Made by a program: the position numbers and the translations under genes. 64,000 nucleotides of DNA from Gemmatimonas sp. (GTDB lineage Bacteria; Gemmatimonadota; Gemmatimonadetes; Gemmatimonadales; Gemmatimonadaceae). The notes under the pieces are model-generated. The model was not told the DNA's origin, did not search any database, and saw only the letters and a list, made by a program, of their open reading frames with translations. Within the stretch, counting starts at the first letter, position 1, and every line of letters starts with the position of its first letter. Shown here one piece after another: positions 19,833 to 28,658 of this stretch. Location: contig OZ257156.1 in NCBI GenBank assembly GCA_965279375.1, positions 128,001-192,000 of the forward strand, in the 5' to 3' direction.

Positions 19833-19924
19833 GACGCGCCTCCGTCCGCGACGAAGAAATACCAGTACACCCACCCGATCACCGCGGCCCCGCCGGCAAT
19901 CACGGCCCAGTCCACGAGCATCAT
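19829..19924 (-). CDS. 31-aa single-TM peptide [31 protein letters not shown], resembling the membrane anchor of copA-linked cupredoxin proteins
   Basis: GGGAGG RBS, ATG 19924, and TGA overlapping the copA GTG (GTGA); absent from the ORF track. Confidence 0.65.
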   Translation of the reverse strand: MMLVDWAVIAGGAAVIGWVYWYFFVADGGAS

Positions 19925-19944
19925 ACGGCCTCCCTGATGGCCGA

Positions 19945-19973
19945 AGGCTATATACCCCCACCCCCTATGTCAA
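19945..19973 (-). promoter_or_regulatory. Sigma70 promoter of the copA unit with a CsoR/RcnR-type operator in the spacer
   Basis: Minus strand TTGACA-TAGGGGGTGGGGGTATA(17 nt)-TAGCCT; G-tract flanked by ATA/TAT. Confidence 0.75.
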
Positions 19974-20002
19974 CGAGGGGCGCCGGCAGGCAGGTTGGGC
20001 GT

Positions 20003-20386
20003 ATGGAACAGGACGGCAGGTCTGACGAGCGCAAGGCGGACGCGGACCCTGACGGTCACCGCGAGTCAGCCGCGCATGCGTCAGCGGCGCTCGTCAGTGT
20101 GCGCTTGGCGCAGAACGCGCTCGTACTGCGCAACGACTCCGGCAGGCGCGTGGGATGCGTCGTCGTGGACGCCGAGTTGATGATGATCGCGCAGTTCCCG
20201 CCGAGCGGCGCGGCGATGATTGCGCTCGAGCCGGGCGCCGAAGCGACGGTGCCATTCGCAGAGATTCTTGGGCACACGGCCGATTCTCGCATGGCCACGT
20301 TGCATTGCTGGCCGCTCCGCGCGCACGGCGAGCCACTCGACGCCGATGACTACGTGCGATCGAGTGAAGTCACGCTGCGCTCGTGA
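20003..20386 (+). CDS. Hypothetical protein
   Basis: Open frame between copA and the radical SAM gene; no motif recognised. Confidence 0.4.
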   Translation: MEQDGRSDERKADADPDGHRESAAHASAALVSVRLAQNALVLRNDSGRRVGCVVVDAELMMIAQFPPSGAAMIALEPGAEATVPFAEILGHTADSRMATLHCWPLRAHGEPLDADDYVRSSEVTLRS

Positions 20387-21809
20387 GCGGCGAGAGCGCC
20401 GCGTAGTAGCGTTCGCGAATGCCAAGCGCGTTGACCTCGCACATCGAGAGCAACTGCCCGTTGATCGGTACACGGAAGACGCAGTGCGCCAGTCGCTCCT
20501 GACCTGCGGGTGACTCCAGCTCTTCTCGACTCATGAAGTGGTGACTGACGATCACCAGCGACGAGATGCGAGACGTGCCACGTACGAGGCGAACCGCGCC
20601 GCGCCACAGGCTTCCCTCCCCGATGCGCCGGAGCCAATGCGCGATGAACGGCGGCAGGATACCGGCGAAGAATCCCGGCGACCGACGCAGCAGCCCTGCG
20701 GCACGTGCGAACATCTGCGCGCGATCGTCGAGACGAAACGAGACTCCACCAAACCGCGAGAGAAAGCCGTCGACCGCTCGCACATCGACGTCGGACTCGG
20801 CATCACGGAGCGCGTGGAACACCGGCTCGTCGTCACGATGTCGCACGACGAATCCATTCACCATGCGATTGCACGCCTGATGCCCGAACCACACACCCAT
20901 GCGCTGCGTGCGTGCGGCGCCCCCCGCGACGCCCAGACCATCGGCCACCCGATCCCACAGCGCATCAACGGAAACGCCTCCACCCAGCCCGTCCTCCGTT
21001 CGACCAACCTGCGCGATCGGCTGAAAGCTGATCAAGCGAAATGCGTCGGTGTTGTGCGTCAGCCAGCGCACGACATCCGGCACGCCATCGAGATTGTCTC
21101 GTGTGACGGTCATGGTGGTCGCCGCACGCAGCTTTCGTCCGGTTGTCCGCTCCGCCTCACGGATCATCGCGGCGAACTCCGCGCGCAACGGATTCAGCTC
21201 CGCTTCGCTGGTCGCGCGGCGATACACCTCTCCGACGCGACCGCGCTGCGTCGTATCCACGTGAATGCTCACCTCGACCAGATTCCCGTCGACCATCAGT
21301 CGTTCCAGCAAGCCGGGACGTCGGCGAAACGAATCGCCGTGCGTCATCAGCATGGGGATGAGGCCGAGCGACTGCGCATAGCGCAACAGTTCGACAACCT
21401 CTTCGACGGGGCGGAGCGTCACCTCGCCATCGGTGAGCTGCAGATTGCCCGCGTGTCCCAGCACCGGGCGAAGCGCGCGCATCTGTGCCTTGATTCCGTC
21501 CAGCGACTCCGGCGGAATGCGATTGGCATCCGAGTTCAGATAGCACCCGCGGCAGGCAAAATCGCAGCGTGGCATGGCGCCGATGGTCGCACCGCAGCCA
21601 TTTCCCTGCCGCCCGAACATCTGCTGCGGCACGCGCATCGCCGGATCGAGCGTCGCCCAGTTCTCGGCCAACAGCCGACGCGCTTCCTCGCCCACAGGCC
21701 GGCGCATGATCTGCACCAGCGATTCTCCGAACGCAGACATCGCTTGAGCGGATGATCCATCGACCGAACGATCGACCGAACTATCGACCAGACTATCGAC
21801 GAGCGGCAT
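20370..21809 (-). CDS. Radical SAM protein of unknown function
   Basis: CDFACRGC (CxxxCxxC), QLTDGEVTL; the true start may lie slightly downstream. Confidence 0.85.
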   Translation of the reverse strand: MPLVDSLVDSSVDRSVDGSSAQAMSAFGESLVQIMRRPVGEEARRLLAENWATLDPAMRVPQQMFGRQGNGCGATIGAMPRCDFACRGCYLNSDANRIPPESLDGIKAQMRALRPVLGHAGNLQLTDGEVTLRPVEEVVELLRYAQSLGLIPMLMTHGDSFRRRPGLLERLMVDGNLVEVSIHVDTTQRGRVGEVYRRATSEAELNPLRAEFAAMIREAERTTGRKLRAATTMTVTRDNLDGVPDVVRWLTHNTDAFRLISFQPIAQVGRTEDGLGGGVSVDALWDRVADGLGVAGGAARTQRMGVWFGHQACNRMVNGFVVRHRDDEPVFHALRDAESDVDVRAVDGFLSRFGGVSFRLDDRAQMFARAAGLLRRSPGFFAGILPPFIAHWLRRIGEGSLWRGAVRLVRGTSRISSLVIVSHHFMSREELESPAGQERLAHCVFRVPINGQLLSMCEVNALGIRERYYAALSPLTSAA

Positions 21810-22617
21810 TCGCCTGGCTGTTGAGCGTCCAGTCGTAGTTGGTCACTTCGACGGTGTAGCTGCCGCTCAGGAGCAGATCACGCTGCGGGCCCGCCGGATA
21901 GTACTTCGCGATGAACTTGCCGACGCTCGCCTTGCTGCCACCGAAGTCCTGGATGTAGTCGCGAAACTCCACGAAGATCGGACTCACGTGGATCGTGCGT
22001 GACGCCACGTCCACGCGGTTCTTCTCGGGTGACTGCAGCAGAAACGTGCGTGCCTGATCGTCCAGCTGCGCGTCGAGCGATGCGCCCGTGTAGGCCTCGC
22101 TCCGAAGTGGCGGACAGCCCATCGCCGCGCACACCAGCGCAAAGTGAATGCGCGGTTCGCTGTAGCGTGGTCGGATGATGTCCTGCTCGATCTCGTCCAA
22201 CCCGTACGCCTTCTTGCCCACGACAGCCATCTTCTCTTTCCAAGGGCCGTATGCCTTCACGAATCCGAGGCTCTTGTTGATGTTGCGGATCGATTCGCGC
22301 TCGCGGTGCGCGTTGATGAGCTGGATGGTGTACGCGTTGTACGCGTTGATCCAGAACGCGAGCTGTTCGCTTCTCGGCAGGCTGGCGGGGTCGGTCGCTG
22401 CCAGCTTGGCGAGGTAGCGTTGAAATTCGGCGGACTTGGCGAAGGCATCGTAGTTGACCATGCCTTTCACGACGTGGGCGCGAAGCAGGGCATCGAACGC
22501 GCTATGGTCCATGACCGCGACCTGCGTCATGCCAGACTGCGGAGAACCGGAGCCCACAGCGCCGAGCGACTGTTCGGCGGGGAGCATGACGAGGAGGAGT
22601 AGGTGTGCGAACCGCAT
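21793..22617 (-). CDS. Exported DUF547-domain protein
   Basis: Signal peptide; LAFWINAYNA, EPRIHFALVCAAMGCPPL, YDWTLN. Confidence 0.9.
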   Translation of the reverse strand: MRFAHLLLLVMLPAEQSLGAVGSGSPQSGMTQVAVMDHSAFDALLRAHVVKGMVNYDAFAKSAEFQRYLAKLAATDPASLPRSEQLAFWINAYNAYTIQLINAHRERESIRNINKSLGFVKAYGPWKEKMAVVGKKAYGLDEIEQDIIRPRYSEPRIHFALVCAAMGCPPLRSEAYTGASLDAQLDDQARTFLLQSPEKNRVDVASRTIHVSPIFVEFRDYIQDFGGSKASVGKFIAKYYPAGPQRDLLLSGSYTVEVTNYDWTLNSQANAARR

Positions 22618-22801
22618 GGCAGCATGGGGCTGGGGGTGAACCGACGCACAATGCTACGCCACTGTCAGCCGGTTGGATCTATCCCGCGCACGCTGCCGCG
22701 ACGTACATCCGGCGTGGGCCGGACGACGTAGCAGGCGACACGCGGTACCCGGCTCGTGGCCGCGTCGTGCCCATCGCCGTTCGCCTCCTTACACTTCCAA
22801 C

Positions 22802-23524
22802 GTGCCTTCTTCCTCCGAACAACGGCCAGCAACGAAGTCCGCAGGCCTCCTGCGACTGCTCCTCGTCGTCGCCATCACCCTGACGCTCCTGCTGCTCCTT
22901 GGCCGGTCGGGCGCCGCGTACCTGCCGCGATTCGTGGACTGGGTGCGGTCCCTGGGAGCGCTGGGGCCGATAGTGTTCGTGCTCGGCTACATCGTGGCCG
23001 CCATTGCCGGAGTGCCGGGCTCGCTGCTGACCTTCGCCGCCGGCGCCATCTTCGGCCTGGGCTTTGGTGTCGTCTATGTATTCGTTGGCGCCACGCTCGG
23101 TGCATCCGCTGCGTTTCTCGTATCACGCTACGTCGCGCGAGGGGCCGTGGAGAAGCGTGTTTCATCCAACGCGCGTTTCCAGTCACTCGACCGCGCTATC
23201 GCGGCCGACGGTCGACGCATCGTATTCCTGTTGCGACTCTCGCCCGTCTTTCCGTTTTCCCTGCTCAACTACGCACTTGGCCTGACCCGCGTCCGTTTCG
23301 CGGACTATCTCATCGCATCGGTTGGCATGCTTCCGGGCACGGTGTTGTACGTGTACTACGGAAAACTGGCAGGCGACGTGGCGTCGGCCGCATCAGGAGG
23401 CACGCCACGCGGCGCAGGCTACTATGCCGTCGTCGGACTTGGGCTGCTCGCGACCATCGCCGTGACCACGATCATCACACGAGTCGCTCGCACGTCGCTA
23501 CGAAACGCAGAGGCCGCGCGATGA
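22802..23524 (+). CDS. TVP38/TMEM64 (DedA/SNARE-associated) membrane protein
   Basis: LLRLSPVFPFSLLNYALGLT, GMLPGT; start at GTG 22802. Confidence 0.9.
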   Translation: MPSSSEQRPATKSAGLLRLLLVVAITLTLLLLLGRSGAAYLPRFVDWVRSLGALGPIVFVLGYIVAAIAGVPGSLLTFAAGAIFGLGFGVVYVFVGATLGASAAFLVSRYVARGAVEKRVSSNARFQSLDRAIAADGRRIVFLLRLSPVFPFSLLNYALGLTRVRFADYLIASVGMLPGTVLYVYYGKLAGDVASAASGGTPRGAGYYAVVGLGLLATIAVTTIITRVARTSLRNAEAAR

Positions 23525-25083
23525 ACGACAGGAATTCGGACACAGGCAAGGCGCCGGAACTCCGCTCGCCGCATCCCACGCTGAGCGACAACGACGCGGA
23601 CGATCAGCGTCTCCGTGCGCAGGTGCACCCGACCTCGTGGCAGAACCCCGTCGCGGCATCGCGCTATCATCTGGTAGTCATCGGCGCAGGCACGGGCGGA
23701 CTCGTGACGGCAGCTGCGGCGGCAGGACTAGGCGCGCGCGTCGCCCTGATCGAACGCCATCTCATGGGTGGCGACTGCCTGAACGTCGGCTGCGTTCCGT
23801 CGAAAGCGATGATCCGTGCGGCGCGCGCGTGGCACGAAGGGCGGGTTGGCGTCGAACGATTTGGAGCACCTGCTGCAGAGCCGGATGGCGATTTTTCCGC
23901 GGTCATGCAACGTGTGCGTCGCCTGCGCGCCGACCTCTCGCCCATCGACGGAGCGGAGCGCTTTCGCGGGCTTGGCGTCGACGTGTTCCTGGGCGACGGA
24001 CACTTCGTGAATGAGCAGACCATCGCCGTGGGCGGGCAGGAACTCTCCTTCCGTCGCGCCGTCATCGCCACGGGGGGCCGTGCGCGCGTTCCGCAGATTC
24101 CCGGGTTGTCCGACGTGCCGTTCTACACAAACGACAGCATCTTCAGCCTCACCACACGTCCGCAGCATCTGGTCGTCATCGGCGCCGGCCCCATCGGATG
24201 CGAACTGTCGCAGACATTCGCGCGCGTGGGCACGCGTGTCACGCTGATCAACCGCGCGCGCAGTCTCAGTCCGTGCAAGGATGCGGAGGCTGCGGGCATC
24301 GTAGAGTCTTCGCTACTCCGCGACGGCGTGATGGTGCTCAACCAAACGCAGGTGGTGGGCGCTGAACATCGCGATGGACAGACCACGCTGCAGGTCAAGG
24401 GGATCCAGCACGACACCGTGCTCCGCTGCGATGCGGTGCTTCTCGCTGTCGGTCGCGTGCCTAACGTCGAGTCGCTGCAACTCGATCGCGCGCATGTGAC
24501 TCGTACGACTGAAGGAGGCGTAGCCGTCGACGATCGCCTGTGCACCAGCAACCCGCGCGTCTACGCGGTAGGAGATGTGTGCTCCGCCGAGCAGTTCACA
24601 CACTCGGCGGATTTTCAGGCGCGGCTCGTGGTGCAGAATGCGCTGTTCTTTGGACGCGGCAAGGCCAGCGCGTTGATCACGCCACGAGTGACGTACACGA
24701 GTCCCGAAGTGGCGAGCATCGGCCTGACGGAGCAGGAGGCCGCAGCTGCCGGTACGCCGGTGGATGTCGTCACGGTTCCGCTCCACGACGTGGATCGCGC
24801 GCGACTCGATGACGAGACCGACGGCTTCTGCAGAGTCGTCCTCGCTAAAGGCACGGATCGCATCGTGGGGGCCACCATTGTCGCAGAGCACGCGGGCGAG
24901 AACATCGGCGAGGTGGCGCTGGCGATGACCGCCAAGCTGGGACTCAGTGCCATTGGCCAGACGATGCACCCGTATCCCACGCAAGGCGAGATGCTGCGCA
25001 AGACGGCCGATCAATGGCGTCGCCGGAAGTTGACGCCAACGGTACGCGCACTCTTTGCGCGCTACTTCGCACTCGTGCGCTAG
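23521..25083 (+). CDS. Pyridine nucleotide-disulfide oxidoreductase (mercuric-reductase-like / Lpd family, no C-terminal Cys pair)
   Basis: VIGAGTGG, GGDCLNVGCVPSK, GAGPIG, HPYPT; ATGA overlap with the TVP38 gene. Confidence 0.85.
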   Translation: MNDRNSDTGKAPELRSPHPTLSDNDADDQRLRAQVHPTSWQNPVAASRYHLVVIGAGTGGLVTAAAAAGLGARVALIERHLMGGDCLNVGCVPSKAMIRAARAWHEGRVGVERFGAPAAEPDGDFSAVMQRVRRLRADLSPIDGAERFRGLGVDVFLGDGHFVNEQTIAVGGQELSFRRAVIATGGRARVPQIPGLSDVPFYTNDSIFSLTTRPQHLVVIGAGPIGCELSQTFARVGTRVTLINRARSLSPCKDAEAAGIVESSLLRDGVMVLNQTQVVGAEHRDGQTTLQVKGIQHDTVLRCDAVLLAVGRVPNVESLQLDRAHVTRTTEGGVAVDDRLCTSNPRVYAVGDVCSAEQFTHSADFQARLVVQNALFFGRGKASALITPRVTYTSPEVASIGLTEQEAAAAGTPVDVVTVPLHDVDRARLDDETDGFCRVVLAKGTDRIVGATIVAEHAGENIGEVALAMTAKLGLSAIGQTMHPYPTQGEMLRKTADQWRRRKLTPTVRALFARYFALVR

Positions 25084-26207
25084 TGGCGAGGCCACACCTG
25101 CTGCTGGTGGGCGGCGGGCATGCGCACCTCGAGGTGCTGCGTTCGGCCACGCTGCGCCCGTTCGCCGCCGAGATAACGGTCATTTCGCTTGCCTCGCGTC
25201 AGTTGTACTCGGGGATGATGCCAGGCCATCTACGCGGTGCCTGGTCGGAGGGAGCGCTCTCGGTGGATCTGCCCGCGTTGTGTCGCCGTGCGAACGCACG
25301 TTTCCTCGAGGCGGCCGTGACGCGCGTGCACGCCACACCGACTCACGTGACGGTGGAAACGTCTGACGAAGCGTTGCATGGCTCGCACTGCTCGCTGGAT
25401 ATCGGCGCATCGCCGTCGGGAATGCAGACTCCCGGCGTGACCACGTACGCGCACGCCACGCGTCCTCGCGAGCAGTGGAATGCACTGCTGGCCGCGGTCG
25501 ACCATCTCGCCTCAGCGACTCCGCGCGCACAGTCGCTGCCGTGTTGCGTCGTTGGCGGCGGTGCGGCAGGCACCGAACTCGCTCTCGCGCTGCAGGCGCG
25601 GCTGAGACGCACGCATCCCAACGCCTCGGTCACGCTCATCAGCGGCGCGGCAGTGGTGCCCTTCGGTTTCGCTCCCACCATCACCGCACGCGTTACCTCG
25701 CTGCTGCAGCGCGCCGGCATTGCGACGGAGTTGCAGGCCACGGTTCGCGAAGTCACCGCCAGCTCCGTGCGCCTCGGCAACGGACGCCAGCTGGACTCGG
25801 CGCTGACCATCTGGGCCACGGGCGCGTCCGCACCGGCGCTCATTCGCGCGTCGGCACTGCCTACCGATGCAGAGGGCTACCTGTCCGTCGATCGCACACT
25901 GCGCGCAACGAGCGGCGTGCCGGTGTGGGGCGCCGGCGACTGCATCGCGCTGGGCGACGCCCCCTGGGTAACCAAGTCGGGTGTGTACGCAGTGCGCGCG
26001 GCTCCAGTTCTCGCGCACAACCTGCGCGTGGCCACGAGCAATAGCGGGGCACCACAGCAGTTCACCCCGCAACGTCACACGATGTTCATCCTGGACACCG
26101 CCGACGAGTCAGCGCTGCTTTGCTGGCGAGGCGTGGCCGTGCACAGTTCATGGGCGTTGCGACTCAAGCATTCCATCGACCAGCGATTCGTGGCGCGCTA
26201 CCGGTAG
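25083..26207 (+). CDS. FAD-dependent oxidoreductase resembling the N-terminal domain of SelD fusions, here stand-alone
   Basis: LLLVGGGHAHLEVL, YSGMMPG, VVGGGAAGTE, GAGDC, KSGVYAVR, IDQRFV. Confidence 0.8.
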   Translation: MARPHLLLVGGGHAHLEVLRSATLRPFAAEITVISLASRQLYSGMMPGHLRGAWSEGALSVDLPALCRRANARFLEAAVTRVHATPTHVTVETSDEALHGSHCSLDIGASPSGMQTPGVTTYAHATRPREQWNALLAAVDHLASATPRAQSLPCCVVGGGAAGTELALALQARLRRTHPNASVTLISGAAVVPFGFAPTITARVTSLLQRAGIATELQATVREVTASSVRLGNGRQLDSALTIWATGASAPALIRASALPTDAEGYLSVDRTLRATSGVPVWGAGDCIALGDAPWVTKSGVYAVRAAPVLAHNLRVATSNSGAPQQFTPQRHTMFILDTADESALLCWRGVAVHSSWALRLKHSIDQRFVARYR

Positions 26208-26211
26208 CGCG

Positions 26212-28104
26212 CTACCGATAGCCCGCCGCCTGGAGATTGAACAGCTCCGCATAGCGCCCCTGCTGCGCGAGCAGTTCTTCGTGCGTGCCTTCGCTCTCCA
26301 CGCGCCCGTGTTCGAGCACCAGAATGCGATCGGCCATGCGCACACTCGAGAAGCGATGTGAAATCAACACCGCCGTGCGACCGCTGCTCAATTCCTTGAA
26401 TCGCTGAAAGACCTCGAACTCAGCGCGTGCGTCGAGGGCCGCTGTCGGCTCATCGAGAATGAGCAGCTGCGCCTCACGCATGTAGGCGCGCGCGATGGCG
26501 ATCTTCTGCCATTCGCCACCAGACAGATCCACGCCGCCGCGAAAGCGCTTGCCCACCTGCTGCGCATACCCCAGCGGCAGCTTGCCCACCACACTGGTCG
26601 CCAGACTGCGCTCGGCCGCCTGCGCCACGCGCGCCGCGTCGTCGCGCGCTTCGATGCGTCCCACCGCGATGTTCTCGCCAGCGGTCATATTGTAGCGCAC
26701 GAAGTCCTGAAAGATGACGCCGATGTTCGAACGAAGCGCGTCGAGATCATATTCGCGCAGATCGTGTCCATCCAGCAGGATGCGCCCTTCCACTGGATCG
26801 TACAGACGCGCGAGCAGCTTCACGAGCGTCGTCTTGCCGGCACCGTTCTCGCCAACCAACGCCAGCACTTCACCAGCGCGCAGCGTGAAGCTCAAATGGC
26901 GCACCGCCCACCGCTCGGCCGCTGGATACTTGAAGCCGACGTCCTCGAACACGATGCCTTGCTGAATGACCGCAGGAAACGGCAACGGGTTGGGCGGGCT
27001 GCTGATGCGTGGCTCGATGGTGAAGAACGAGAACAGATCGTCGAGGTAGAACGCCTGACTCGCCGTTTGCGTGAAGCCGATCAGCAAGCCTTCCAGCAGG
27101 CCGCGCAAACGCCGGAACGATCCCGCGAGGAATGTCAGGTCGCCGATGGAGAATTGCCCCGCCACCGTGCGCCACACGATGAACGCGTACGCGACGTAGT
27201 AGCCCGCCGTCCCGAATGCCGTGAGCGCGCCGCCCCACCACGCCCGCTTGAGCGCGAGCTTCCGGTTTGCCTTGTAGAAATCGTCGGCCAACCGGCGATA
27301 GCGCTCGATCAGGAAGCTGTTGAGGCCGAAGATCTTCACTTCCTTGGCCGTCTCCACACTCGCACCCGTCATCCGCACATAGTCGAGTTCACGACGATCG
27401 GCGGTGCGCGAATACGCCAACGCATAGCTCCGCTCGTTGAAGTACGCCTCGCCGAGGAACGCGGGGATCAGCGCGACAAACAGCAGCACGATCAGCCACG
27501 GCGCGAAGGTGATCATGCCGGCGGCGAAGCTGATGATCGTGATGAGATCCTGCGCCTGGCCGAAGAGCTGGCTCATCAGCGACAGTCGTCCGGACGCCTG
27601 CCGACGTGCGCGTTCCAGCTTGTCCTGCTGCTCGCTGTCCTCGAAATCCTCGAGGTCGAGCGTGGCCGCGTGCTCCATCAGCCGAATGCTGGTGGCATTC
27701 GAGAACTGCTCCATCAGCAGCGAATCGACCAACGCCACCACGCGCCCCAGCACATCGGACAGGACGGCAAGCCCCAGCTCCGCGCCGAGCAGCCAGAGCA
27801 CGCGGCGAGACGCCGCATCGACCAGCCAGGCGCGCACGCCCTCGCCGCTCGCCGCAGACGGTGCGTGGCGCATCACTTCGTCGATGATCAGCTTGCCCAC
27901 GTACAGCGTGAGCACGGGCAGCACGGCGCGAACGAGCCGCAGCAGCATCGACGCGACAGTGAGCGCACGACTGGTACGCCAGATCAGCGCCAGAAAGGGT
28001 GGGACGTTACGTATCGCCCCGAGTCGTTCCCGCAACGAGCGCGTCGGCGCCGCGTTCCCGCGTCCCCCACCGCCTCGCCCCGCTCCACTGTCCGCACGTG
28101 CCAT
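26212..28104 (-). CDS. ABC transporter fused permease/ATP-binding protein
   Basis: GENGAGKT, LSGGEWQ, ILDEPT, ISHR; N-terminal TM domain. Confidence 0.92.
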   Translation of the reverse strand: MARADSGAGRGGGGRGNAAPTRSLRERLGAIRNVPPFLALIWRTSRALTVASMLLRLVRAVLPVLTLYVGKLIIDEVMRHAPSAASGEGVRAWLVDAASRRVLWLLGAELGLAVLSDVLGRVVALVDSLLMEQFSNATSIRLMEHAATLDLEDFEDSEQQDKLERARRQASGRLSLMSQLFGQAQDLITIISFAAGMITFAPWLIVLLFVALIPAFLGEAYFNERSYALAYSRTADRRELDYVRMTGASVETAKEVKIFGLNSFLIERYRRLADDFYKANRKLALKRAWWGGALTAFGTAGYYVAYAFIVWRTVAGQFSIGDLTFLAGSFRRLRGLLEGLLIGFTQTASQAFYLDDLFSFFTIEPRISSPPNPLPFPAVIQQGIVFEDVGFKYPAAERWAVRHLSFTLRAGEVLALVGENGAGKTTLVKLLARLYDPVEGRILLDGHDLREYDLDALRSNIGVIFQDFVRYNMTAGENIAVGRIEARDDAARVAQAAERSLATSVVGKLPLGYAQQVGKRFRGGVDLSGGEWQKIAIARAYMREAQLLILDEPTAALDARAEFEVFQRFKELSSGRTAVLISHRFSSVRMADRILVLEHGRVESEGTHEELLAQQGRYAELFNLQAAGYR

Positions 28105-28174
28105 GTCGAACGCTACCGGGGTGCGCCCTCCGCGGCTACGCGGCCACGGCCGATTGTAACGGTTCCCGCCCCCG

Positions 28175-28200
28175 TGTCGATTTGTCGAGCCCCGACCGTC
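28175..28200 (+). promoter_or_regulatory. Putative ECF42-dependent promoter
   Basis: TGTCGA-N16-CGTC upstream of the DGPF/ECF42 pair, matching the ECF42 consensus as I recall it (-35 TGTCGA, -10 CGA/TC). Confidence 0.65.
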
Positions 28201-28289
28201 GTTTCGCTGTCCGCCCGCTGGTCCACCACTCGACGACGCTGTGCCGGCCGCACAGCTTCGCTTCACGTACCTCATCCGGAGTTCGAGCC

Positions 28290-28640
28290 ATGCGCTACCT
28301 CATCCTGATCTACGGCAGTGAACAGCACTGGAGTGCCCTGCCCCCCGAAGCCGTCAGCGCGTACATGCGGCAGTTCGAGTCCTACACGCAGGAAATGATC
28401 GACTCCGGCGTGATGCGCGGCGGCGAAGAGCTGCAGCCAAGCTTTACCGCGACCACAGTGCGCATGCGCGACGGCGTTGCCTACAACACGGACGGACCGT
28501 TTGCCGAAACCAAGGAGCAGTTGGGTGGCTTCTACCACATCGAGGTGGAATCGCTCGACGACGCGCTGCGATGGGCCGCGAAGTGTCCGGGCGCCCCACT
28601 CGGCTCCATCGAAGTGCGCCCCGTCGTGATGCACGGCTAG
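28290..28640 (+). CDS. YciI/DGPF-family protein
   Basis: TDGPFAETKEQLGGFY, IEVRPV. Confidence 0.9.
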   Translation: MRYLILIYGSEQHWSALPPEAVSAYMRQFESYTQEMIDSGVMRGGEELQPSFTATTVRMRDGVAYNTDGPFAETKEQLGGFYHIEVESLDDALRWAAKCPGAPLGSIEVRPVVMHG

Positions 28641-28658
28641 CCACCGAACACGCAGCAC

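Noticed and set aside
21757..21802. 12-bp tandem repeat encoding VDSL-VDSS-VDRS-VDGS
   Set aside because: Short in-frame low-complexity repeat with no spacers; not CRISPR
23521..25083. Calling this gene merA (mercury resistance)
   Set aside because: No C-terminal Cys-Cys pair, no NmerA domain, and no merR/T/P nearby
25083..26207. selD or selenoprotein read-through
   Set aside because: The ORF ends in TAG with no SelD kinase domain, and no in-frame TGA was seen at catalytic positions in this cluster
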